Positions 25,266-32,000 of a stretch of 32,000 bases of DNA are shown piece by piece (position 1 is the first letter of the stretch; every line of letters starts with the position of its first letter). The position numbers and the translations under genes are program-made. The notes beneath the pieces were generated by a model that had not been told where the DNA came from, made no database searches, and saw nothing but the letters and a program-made list of their open reading frames with translations. Source of the stretch: Erysipelotrichaceae bacterium MTC7 (GTDB lineage: Bacteria > Bacillota_I > Bacilli_A > Erysipelotrichales > Erysipelotrichaceae); assembly GCA_001695645.1 (NCBI GenBank), contig LVZN01000011.1:15751-47750 (forward strand). The letters run 5' to 3'.

Positions 25266-25666
25266 TTTGCCCTCACCTGTTGGATACACGCATATACCAT
25301 TTCACTATGTATTTCACCAAAGTTAGCAAGATAGTGTTGATATAATAATGCAACCAGTTGCTCATCGTATAGCGTGGCTTTGATGTATTGACGAGTTGCA
25401 TAATACGCATGCATAAAATCAGCAATACGTTCCACAAAATCATCTTGTCGAATATATGGAGAACTCGCGAGTGTTGTTGCAATTGTATATACGATTTGAT
25501 GATTGATATCAACCAGTGAAAACTGATGACAACTTTGTTTTTGTCGCTTACATAAATAACGAATATCTTTTGCACGCAATTGATGTCCAGCAAGTGCAAT
25601 TTCTTGATTTGTCGCTTCAAGTTGTGCAAGCTGTTGTTGGTTTAAATGTTGTGGTGTTTGTATCAT
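25262..25666 (-). CDS. Hypothetical protein, 134 aa (possibly the family annotated DUF6323)
   Basis: ATG 25666 preceded by ACGGAGGG. Upstream promoter TTGTCA-17 nt-TATAAA. Translationally coupled to the 448-aa gene. Confidence 0.55.
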   Translation of the reverse strand: MIQTPQHLNQQQLAQLEATNQEIALAGHQLRAKDIRYLCKRQKQSCHQFSLVDINHQIVYTIATTLASSPYIRQDDFVERIADFMHAYYATRQYIKATLYDEQLVALLYQHYLANFGEIHSEMVYACIQQVRAK

Positions 25667-25763
25667 ACATGCCCTCCGTTTCTTCTTTATACGCCTGTTT
25701 ACACACCATGACAAGTCTTGAAAAAAGTACCAAAATGTGGTAATATAACTATATAAATGAAGC

Positions 25764-25810
25764 AAAAAAGTAGAGCTTTTTTCCCAAGCAGGAAAACCCT
25801 CTACTTTTTT
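25764..25810 (-). terminator. Terminator after the histidine phosphatase gene
   Basis: AAAAAGTAGAG...CTCTACTTTTT long hairpin with an inner TTTTCC/GGAAAA extension, flanked by A and T runs. Confidence 0.7.
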
Positions 25811-25843
25811 TATGTCTTTTATAGTTTATCAAACCTGTCAAGT

Positions 25844-26428
25844 CTACAAGTCTAATTCAGAAAAATCATGTTCGATGATTTCTTCTAAGATGAAGCTATG
25901 ATCTTCATAGGAAAACTTCAACACTGCGCAATTGCTGACAAGCCCTTTCCATTTGATGTTTGAACGACTCGCATGCGCACGAATCATTTGCGCACAAGCT
26001 GCACCATGTGAAACCATCAATACGGATTCATGGTCATCTTGCTCCATAATCTCTGTAATGGTGGAAAGTAGACGTTGGCGAAAATCGACTTCTGCTTCTC
26101 CTCCATATTGCACAAAGAAATCTCCATATGGTGGTTTTGGATCCACCACATCATTGGAACCTTCCAAGCGACCAAAATTCCACTCTTTTAAACCGCGAAT
26201 CCGTGTGTACGCTTCATCTGTAATAATTTCTAACGTATCACTAGCTCTTTCTGATGTTGATGCATAACAGTGATCAAAAGAAATTTTCGCATGTTGGAAA
26301 TAGCGTTTGGCAATACGTGCTTGTGCTTTACCTAAATCGGTCAATGGTGAATCACTCCACCCTTGTTTCAGATGTAAGACATTGAACAAGGTTTGTCCAT
26401 GTCTCATGAAATATAACGTTTTCTTCAT
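25844..26428 (-). CDS. Histidine phosphatase family protein (phosphoglycerate-mutase-like)
   Basis: MKKTLYFMRHGQTLFN (RHG catalytic motif), SERASDT, MVSHGAA. RBS GGGAGG before ATG 26428. Confidence 0.85.
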   Translation of the reverse strand: MKKTLYFMRHGQTLFNVLHLKQGWSDSPLTDLGKAQARIAKRYFQHAKISFDHCYASTSERASDTLEIITDEAYTRIRGLKEWNFGRLEGSNDVVDPKPPYGDFFVQYGGEAEVDFRQRLLSTITEIMEQDDHESVLMVSHGAACAQMIRAHASRSNIKWKGLVSNCAVLKFSYEDHSFILEEIIEHDFSELDL

Positions 26429-26439
26429 ATGCCTCCCTT

Positions 26440-27075
26440 TCAGACACACTTATTGATAATTTGTCTTTCTAAGCTCGCTTGTGTCTGTAAATATGTTGCG
26501 AGTTTTTTGACTTCACGGTATTCTACATACGTTTGTACAAGTATAGCATCAAGCTCTGGAATCAAGATTGGTGGAACTTGTTTACGTAAACAAAAATATA
26601 TCATGCATAGTTCTGCAAGACTTTGGTTGCCATGGGTAAATGGTGCTAATTCACATAACTCTATGTACATGGTTGCAATTTGTTGGTACACACTTGCTTC
26701 TTTGCGAAACTTCTTTTTCTCAAAGGTTTCCAACAAACTGGCCACCATTTGTCTGGACGAATCACTTGTGTAGTTTACATGGATAGGTGCATCTTTGTAT
26801 AATGTACGCGCGACTTCAAGCAATTCACTTTCACCCATCGTTTGTTTGGTATCAAGCACATGAAGCAATCTATCCATCGACCATTTATAGTTCAAGATTT
26901 CATAAATTTGTCGCGGTGAGACATAAATTAAAAAGTCTCCACCATTAAAAGCCAATGCATAGGTTTCGGTGTACGATAGATGGCTCCCTTGCTTCCGCAA
27001 TGTATAAAAAACACTTCGTGAGACGAAGCTGCGATAATAGAGTTGATTTTCTTTAAGTAGTTGCTTGTAGTTCAT
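26440..27075 (-). CDS. Fic-fold-like protein with a degenerate active-site motif
   Basis: ELAPFTHGNQSLAELCMIYFCLRKQVPPILI aligns with the Fic core HPFx(D/E)GNGRxxR...P-P. The catalytic His and both Arg are replaced (A-P-F-T-H-G-N-Q-S-L-A-E). The start is uncertain: ATG 27075, or GTG 27144 as in the ORF track; neither has a clear RBS. Confidence 0.5.
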   Translation of the reverse strand: MNYKQLLKENQLYYRSFVSRSVFYTLRKQGSHLSYTETYALAFNGGDFLIYVSPRQIYEILNYKWSMDRLLHVLDTKQTMGESELLEVARTLYKDAPIHVNYTSDSSRQMVASLLETFEKKKFRKEASVYQQIATMYIELCELAPFTHGNQSLAELCMIYFCLRKQVPPILIPELDAILVQTYVEYREVKKLATYLQTQASLERQIINKCV

Positions 27076-27185
27076 TACTGTTATTGTACATGACTTTTCT
27101 ACTTTTGTCCCTAGTATTCTGTCTTGTTTCTTGTCTTTTATCACGTAACTGCGTATATTGATAGTATATAGGAAATAAGATAACT

Positions 27186-28157
27186 ATGAAATATTTTTTA
27201 GGAATTGATGGTGGAGGTACAAAAACAGCCTTCTTACTTACTGACGTCCAAGGACATGTCAAAGCAGCTTGCAAAATGGGAACCACACATTATCTACAAG
27301 TTGGTTTTGATGGTGTAACAAATACATTACACCAAGGTATTACGACCTGCTTGCAACAAGCAAATTTAACTGAAGCTAATATCTGTTTTGCATTTGTGGC
27401 ACTTGCTGGCTATGGGGACATACAAACCGATTGTCCAAAATTACAACAAAGTGTTGCCAATGCACTTGCATCCATTCCTTTTCAAGTAGGTAATGATAAT
27501 GAAAACGCCTTGGCTGGATCCCTTGCTGGTAAACCCGGCATTAACATCATCGCTGGAACAGGTAGCATTGGCATGGGCATCAATGAACAAGGTGAACACT
27601 TTCGCTCTGGTGGTTGGCATCATGCATTTCTTGGTGATGAAGGTAGTGCCTACTGGATTGCCAGCAACATGCTTCGACACTTTAGTCGTCAAAGTGATGG
27701 ACGTGAAGCTCGTACCACCTTATACAACTATTTAAAAACAGAGATGCACTGGGATGATGATTCGCAAATGTTAAGTGATTGTGTAGTTAAGATGGACTAC
27801 GATCGTGTCCAAATTGCAGCTTTGGCTAAACATGCTTACAACCTTGCCAGACAAAACGATCCCGTCATTCTTGGTATTTATGATGAAGCTGCAAAAGAAC
27901 TCGCTGATATGATCAAAGCAATCTACAAAACTTTACATATGTCTCACGCGCTTGTATCGTATAGTGGTGGCGTCTTTCAAAGTGGCACCTACATTCTTAC
28001 ACCATTAAAGAAGTATCTAGCAGGGCTTGATATTGAGCTTGTTAAACCTATACTATCACCCGATAAAGGTTCCATTTTGCTTGCCATGAAAGCTGCAGGT
28101 CTCACAATACAAACAGACTGCATCACAACCTTACAACATGAACATGTATCCAAATAA
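27186..28157 (+). CDS. BadF/BadG/BcrA/BcrD-type ATPase (N-acetylglucosamine-kinase-like)
   Basis: MKYFLGIDGGGTKTAFLL phosphate-1 motif, IIAGTGSIG and GDEGSAYWI motifs of the ASKHA-fold sugar kinase family. Confidence 0.85.
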   Translation: MKYFLGIDGGGTKTAFLLTDVQGHVKAACKMGTTHYLQVGFDGVTNTLHQGITTCLQQANLTEANICFAFVALAGYGDIQTDCPKLQQSVANALASIPFQVGNDNENALAGSLAGKPGINIIAGTGSIGMGINEQGEHFRSGGWHHAFLGDEGSAYWIASNMLRHFSRQSDGREARTTLYNYLKTEMHWDDDSQMLSDCVVKMDYDRVQIAALAKHAYNLARQNDPVILGIYDEAAKELADMIKAIYKTLHMSHALVSYSGGVFQSGTYILTPLKKYLAGLDIELVKPILSPDKGSILLAMKAAGLTIQTDCITTLQHEHVSK

Positions 28158-28188
28158 AACAATCACCTAAGCAGATGATTGTTTTTTA
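28156..28188. terminator. Bidirectional terminator
   Basis: 10-bp perfect stem AAAACAATCA / TGATTGTTTT between convergent stops at 28157 and 28189. Confidence 0.75.
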
Positions 28189-29265
28189 TTATTGTTGAAG
28201 CGGTGAAAACTTAGCATCAAAAACTTGCATGTAGTATGTGTTTTCATCTTCAAGCAAACGCAATGCTGCTTCTTTATCAACAACTAACCGAAGACCATAA
28301 ACTTTTGATGCATGATGTTCAATGTTTTCCACTTCTTTGTTAATGACACCAATCATGTATTGCCCACTAATCACTCGATTGAGAAATTCGCTGTGATCTT
28401 TTAATAAGGTAAGCGAACTCTTGTATGTTTCTTGTAAACCTGCTGCTGAATAGGTGATGCCGCCACATAAGCCTGGATACGACTTTGAACAGACTTCTGT
28501 ATATGTCATGGTTGAAAAGCCAATGGTCTGGCTACCATGAATTGCAGTCGCAAAATACTCAACATTAGCTTCCAATGAGCGTTCCGTAATGTATTGCACA
28601 ATTTCATCAAAATCCATAGGTTTGACAAAGGAAACGGTTGTATCAACTAAAGCTGAATCCGGTAATTCTACTAGATCTTTTTTCAACTGTTCATCATGCA
28701 TACGTTTTTCCGTAGCAGACAGTTCATATCTTTTTTCTTCCGCCTGCTCTTCTACTTCTTTCACATAAAACTGATTCATTACGTATGATACATTCAAATC
28801 GATTCGATCATGGTTGACTTTAATCGTTGTATCCGGTGCTCCATACACACTTGTTTCTAAATAAGAATAATAGGAACCATAATACTCATAAGACCCATAA
28901 CCAAGATTTTTATATGCGCTATCACCAAACAACGGCATGTAGCGAACACCTGGATTTGCAACCGAGATGTAAACAGCGATGAGTTGTTGAAAATCATTTT
29001 GCATTTCTTCACTTCCATCCACATCGGGGTATTCATTGTAATATCCTTCAATTTTTTCACTGCGTGGATTGTAGTTTGTTGCTTCTTTAAGTTTTCCAAA
29101 GCCAAAGTAACCAGCACCAATCAGCAATGCGATAACCAGTGTATACACAACCATCCGTTTTAGAAAACTTTGATTCATTCCACGTTTAATTTTTTTAAAC
29201 GTCCGTTGATCAACATGTGGTTCTTCCAACGACAATAAGTTATCTAGTTTTTTATCTTCATTCAT
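28189..29265 (-). CDS. Anti-sigma factor-like single-pass membrane protein
   Basis: Short cytoplasmic N-terminus, one TM (MVVYTLVIALLIGAGYFGFG) and a ~290-aa extracytoplasmic domain. ATGA overlap with the upstream ECF sigma gene. Confidence 0.65.
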   Translation of the reverse strand: MNEDKKLDNLLSLEEPHVDQRTFKKIKRGMNQSFLKRMVVYTLVIALLIGAGYFGFGKLKEATNYNPRSEKIEGYYNEYPDVDGSEEMQNDFQQLIAVYISVANPGVRYMPLFGDSAYKNLGYGSYEYYGSYYSYLETSVYGAPDTTIKVNHDRIDLNVSYVMNQFYVKEVEEQAEEKRYELSATEKRMHDEQLKKDLVELPDSALVDTTVSFVKPMDFDEIVQYITERSLEANVEYFATAIHGSQTIGFSTMTYTEVCSKSYPGLCGGITYSAAGLQETYKSSLTLLKDHSEFLNRVISGQYMIGVINKEVENIEHHASKVYGLRLVVDKEAALRLLEDENTYYMQVFDAKFSPLQQ

Positions 29266-29759
29266 AAAAGTTCCTCCTCTTTTGCAAACACAATTAGTTT
29301 TTGTTTCACACGATAGCGAATGGTTCGTATATAATCGAGAGTTAAGCCAAGTAAAGAAGCAATTTCTTCATCTGTTAGTTGTGATACTAACGACAACAAC
29401 ATCACGTTTCTTTCTTTATCAGGAAGTTGATAGATTTTCTTATACATCCAGCGTTTTTGTTCATCCTTAATGTAATGCTTGGTTGCATCATAGGGATCCA
29501 CCAACCATTCCACTTGATATTGACCTTCATCCAACAAGTGGCGACGTTTTCGATACGAATCTATAAACTGATTTTTCAGAACACGAAACAACCAAGGTTC
29601 AACTTCTTTTTCGCTGGATAGACTAACAAATGCAAGTTTGATAAACGTTTCGGATACCAAATCTTCAGCACTTGCTTCATCCTTACATAACGACAAGGCA
29701 AAAAGAAACAATCGTTGATGATATGTTTGATATAAAATTTCTAACCAGCGATTTTCCAT
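29262..29759 (-). CDS. ECF-type sigma-70 family RNA polymerase sigma factor
   Basis: 165 aa. Region 2 (DLVSETFIKL...WLFRVLKNQFIDSYRKRR) and region 4 HTH (LTDEEIASLLGLTLDYIRTIRYRVKQKL). Confidence 0.85.
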   Translation of the reverse strand: MENRWLEILYQTYHQRLFLFALSLCKDEASAEDLVSETFIKLAFVSLSSEKEVEPWLFRVLKNQFIDSYRKRRHLLDEGQYQVEWLVDPYDATKHYIKDEQKRWMYKKIYQLPDKERNVMLLSLVSQLTDEEIASLLGLTLDYIRTIRYRVKQKLIVFAKEEELL

Positions 29760-29832
29760 TGTTTCTCCCCTCTCATTTATACAACGAATGAACGCTTAAT
29801 AAATGACAAAACTTTCTTATATTTTACATAAG

Positions 29833-29857
29833 AAAAAAACTAGTTTCCTAGTTTTTC
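29833..29857 (-). terminator. Weak AT-rich hairpin terminator after the interrupted lipoprotein gene
   Basis: AAAAACTAG-TTTC-CTAGTTTTT, flanked by A/T runs. Confidence 0.45.
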
Positions 29858-29883
29858 CTTTATTAACGACACAAACATATGAG

Positions 29884-30216
29884 TTAATCGCTTATATCCA
29901 CGCCATTTGCATCCTTAATATGCAAAATATATCCATCATTAGCGTATGTTACAATCATACCTTTTCGAGGTTTTGGTAAACCAATAATTTCCTCATTTAA
30001 AACAAGTTCTGGATAGCCACCTTTTTTGATGAGAAAGGAGCGTTCATCCTGAAATTCAATTACGGTTTCTGGCAACATACTTGCTGGAATTAAATTTTCA
30101 GTTGGCCCACACGGTTCGCATTCCATTTGTGTTTCTGTTTCAAACGTTCTTGATTCATGGCGAACCACACATCCTCACAAAAACATAAATGCAACAACAC
30201 ATAGCACTCTTTTCAT
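29884..30216 (-). pseudogene. Small lipoprotein gene interrupted by an in-frame TGA at codon 14, inside the lipobox
   Basis: AGGGGA RBS, ATG 30216, then MKRVLCVVAFMFL-TGA-GCVVRHESRTFETETQ... in a single frame. The TGA is at 30177-30175. The ORF track only reports the part from GTG 30168. Confidence 0.6.
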
Positions 30217-30245
30217 ATTCGTATCCCCTATTGATTCAATTATAC

Positions 30246-30503
30246 TTATTTCTTTGTTTCATCTTTATGCATTGGATGATCTGGATTGAATAAAGAAGAA
30301 TAACTATTCAAACGAACAAACAAATAAAACGATAACAATCCAATAAGCAAGACTGGTAAGAAGCGCTCGAAGTATGTTGTACTATCAACTGTGTGCAAAA
30401 CAAAGCAAGCAACACTGTCATAAATCAACCAAATAAAACAACAAATAGAAATCAACATCAATACATACGTCCACTTATCTTTTACTACAATTACATTTTT
30501 CAT
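30246..30503 (-). CDS. Small hypothetical membrane protein (85 aa, 2 TM)
   Basis: ATG 30503 (MKNVIVVKDKW) preceded by AAAGGGA. It lies 29 nt upstream of the lipoprotein gene, so the two are likely co-transcribed. Confidence 0.55.
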   Translation of the reverse strand: MKNVIVVKDKWTYVLMLISICCFIWLIYDSVACFVLHTVDSTTYFERFLPVLLIGLLSFYLFVRLNSYSSLFNPDHPMHKDETKK

Positions 30504-30866
30504 ACATAATCCCTTTCTGCTTAATACCTTTAGATACCACAAATCCAGACACACATATACACACTCTCTATATCTCTAGTATATCAAAATAATAGAAAAA
30601 ATAGAATTTACTTCATACATATTAAGGTAACTTGCGTGTGAAACAAAAAAGTGAATTGCTTTATAATGTAAAAACAGAAACACAAGGTTCTTTAGTACTT
30701 CTCTACATTTTACAATAGATGTACTCAAGTTATTATTTACTCAGACTTCATAACTGTATTTCTTAGACAGATGTATTCTATACAGTGTGTGGTATTATAA
30801 TTATAGAGAGTATCAATGTTTTAATTATCACTTATAATCTGGTATAAAACAAAGGATGATAGATTT

Positions 30867-31013
30867 ATGAATAAAGAAACTAAAAAAATGAATAAAGAAT
30901 GGGTTGAGAAACAAAAATCAATAGGAAAAGACTGGAGTGGCTATTATAAAGGTGGATTTATTGTCATGGCAATAATGATCGTATTATTACTTATCTATTT
31001 ATTTACAAAATAA
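30867..31013 (+). CDS. Tail-anchored mini-protein, 48 aa
   Basis: RBS AAGGA. MNKETKKMNKEWVEKQKSIGKDWSGYYKGGFIVMAIMIVLLLIYLFTK: a Lys-rich polar head and one C-terminal TM. Below the ORF-track length cutoff. Confidence 0.5.
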   Translation: MNKETKKMNKEWVEKQKSIGKDWSGYYKGGFIVMAIMIVLLLIYLFTK

Positions 31014-31061
31014 TCAAAAAACAAGACGTGACGTTTCACAGATGAATAGGAATGAAATATT

Positions 31062-31217
31062 ATGACTAACAAAAACACAAAAGACTTAAACAAGAGATCA
31101 ATTAAACTGCAAGAAAACATGAACAAGGGTTGGAAAATAGGTCCAATCACAATAATACTGGTTATCCTATTATTCATTATGTTCATTGCAAGTTTTGGTT
31201 TTGGTTGGTGGGGCTAA
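31062..31217 (+). CDS. Tail-anchored mini-protein, 51 aa
   Basis: RBS AGGAA. MTNKNTKDLNKRSIKLQENMNKGWKIGPITIILVILLFIMFIASFGFGWWG. It shares the MNK-x-W element with the 48-aa protein. Confidence 0.5.
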   Translation: MTNKNTKDLNKRSIKLQENMNKGWKIGPITIILVILLFIMFIASFGFGWWG

Positions 31218-31259
31218 TTCGTTCGCAAAACCAACTGATATATGATAGGAGGAAAAAAG

Positions 31260-31622
31260 ATGACATACGGGTATCCAATTGTGGGACTAACCGTTCAGGT
31301 TAGAAATCTTACAGATAAAAATATTAAAGATTTAGTATATGAATATGGAAATAAGGACAATTATATTAAGATTTCCGTAGATACAATTCAAGCTATGCAA
31401 ATTGAAAAGTTTATCGTTGTAAACTCACATTTAAAAGAAACAAGTGACCTAATCTTTCATTTTGAAAGTAATGGAGAGTCTTTTGTGTTTCACAAAGTTG
31501 TACATCCATATACCACCAAACAATTGTTCCCTTGCTTCTTTGTGAAGATAGTTGAAAACAATCATCAACTCATTATCGAGGAAGATGAAGATGGTGAATA
31601 CTTTTATAAACTTAATGGATAA
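31260..31622 (+). CDS. Hypothetical soluble protein, 120 aa, acidic C-terminus
   Basis: ATG 31260 preceded by TAGGAGGAAAAAAG. No recognisable motif. Confidence 0.6.
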   Translation: MTYGYPIVGLTVQVRNLTDKNIKDLVYEYGNKDNYIKISVDTIQAMQIEKFIVVNSHLKETSDLIFHFESNGESFVFHKVVHPYTTKQLFPCFFVKIVENNHQLIIEEDEDGEYFYKLNG

Positions 31623-31692
31623 ACATGAAAAGAAACTAAGTGTTCGTAAAGCAATACATCATAAATTTATGTGATTATAGGAGGAATCTACG

Positions 31693-31869
31693 ATGAAAAA
31701 AGAGAATAAGAAAATTGATAGTTACTGGGGACCAGAAGCAATGAAAGACAAGGTCGGTGATTATACTAACGGAAAACGTGATTCTATTTCACGAATTGTT
31801 ATACTTTCTGTTGTTGGTGTGATTATTATTTGTGTGCTGCTTTATATAAGTTTCATCCAACCTTTATAA
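31693..31869 (+). CDS. Tail-anchored mini-protein, 58 aa
   Basis: RBS AGGAGG. MKKENKKIDSYWGPEAMKDKVGDYTNGKRDSISRIVILSVVGVIIICVLLYISFIQPL. The first 12 residues are 6/12 identical to the 48-aa protein (M.KE.KK....W). Confidence 0.55.
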   Translation: MKKENKKIDSYWGPEAMKDKVGDYTNGKRDSISRIVILSVVGVIIICVLLYISFIQPL

Positions 31870-31938
31870 TCAAACAGCTTAAGACCACGATCAAATATAA
31901 AAAAAGGGGCTGTGACACTTAGTACAGCTTCAAATCAT

Positions 31939-31982
31939 AAAAATAACGCCTAAACTCGTAAGAGAATAGGCGTTATTTTTGG
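31939..31982 (+). terminator. Rho-independent terminator
   Basis: 10-bp perfect stem AAATAACGCC (31941-31950) / GGCGTTATTT (31969-31978) followed by TTT. Confidence 0.7.
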
Positions 31983-32000
31983 TATAATTTATTTGTGAAA

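Noticed and set aside
23855-29621. Other shadow ORFs (23855-24157, 24653-24850, 25273-25629, 25516-25743, 25932-26267, 26429-26773, 27053-27286, 27441-27735, 28857-29120, 29282-29621)
   Set aside because: Contained in or antisense to better-supported genes, with no RBS and low-complexity or Cys/His-rich translations.
30175-30177. TGA read as Trp (Mollicutes code 4), Gly (code 25) or selenocysteine
   Set aside because: Several well-defined genes in the window terminate at TGA under the standard code (for example 7541-7543, 23932-23934, 25262-25264). Trp does not fit a lipobox, and no SECIS-like hairpin is evident downstream. Global recoding is therefore rejected, and a point nonsense mutation or sequencing error is preferred.
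30549-30564. 16-nt alternating purine-pyrimidine tract ACACACATATACACAC
   Set aside because: It is short and not repeated elsewhere. It is most simply part of the promoter and leader region of the small membrane protein gene, with no evidence of function.
30995-31186. 63-aa minus-strand ORF
   Set aside because: It is antisense to the 51-aa plus-strand mini-protein, which has an RBS and a paralogue-like sequence. The minus ORF has no RBS.
1-32000. Search for CRISPR arrays, tRNA/rRNA genes, IS elements, integrases and prophage or defence-island hallmarks (nucleases, helicases, STAND or AAA ATPases)
   Set aside because: I saw no regularly spaced direct repeats, cloverleaf-like or rRNA-like sequence, transposase or recombinase ORFs, or terminal inverted repeats. 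The only compositionally odd part is the right-end AT-rich islet, which is reported separately.

Overview
Densely coding chromosomal segment from a low-GC Gram-positive bacterium (Bacillota). The gene content looks like a gut Erysipelotrichales/Clostridia-type anaerobe, but the species cannot be assigned from sequence alone. I found no rRNA, tRNA, CRISPR array, transposase or integrase. Left to right: the 5' end of a metal-uptake lipoprotein gene with a Fur-family-type palindrome; a SemiSWEET; a DUF4234/DUF2752 membrane pair; a MarR regulator with a heterodimeric ABC exporter pair. Next comes an 8-gene minus-strand mannose-family PTS operon (IIC-IID-IIB, SIS deglycase/isomerase, HAD, IIA, EamA, HAD), with a GntR/HutC regulator and an HTH-less UTRA paralogue upstream. 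It is followed by an orphan 78-aa GrcA-like glycyl-radical protein and an 856-aa Pmp-repeat beta-helix surface protein. Then an OmpR-type response regulator / 4-TM histidine kinase / GNAT operon sits divergent from a YfhO / GtrA / GtrB-like GT2 / PIG-L deacetylase operon. The right part holds a translationally coupled pair of unknown function, a degenerate Fic-like protein with a histidine phosphatase, a BadF-type sugar kinase, an ECF sigma/anti-sigma pair, a lipoprotein gene interrupted by an in-frame TGA in its lipobox, and an AT-rich right end encoding three related tail-anchored mini-proteins. The most system-like unexplained module is the two-component-controlled YfhO/GtrA/GtrB/PIG-L locus (16.5-23.9 kb). 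I interpret it as a candidate inducible amino-sugar (cationic) decoration pathway for a surface polymer, analogous in logic to the Gram-negative Arn pathway. All functional calls rest on motifs read by eye from the translations; no database search was possible.
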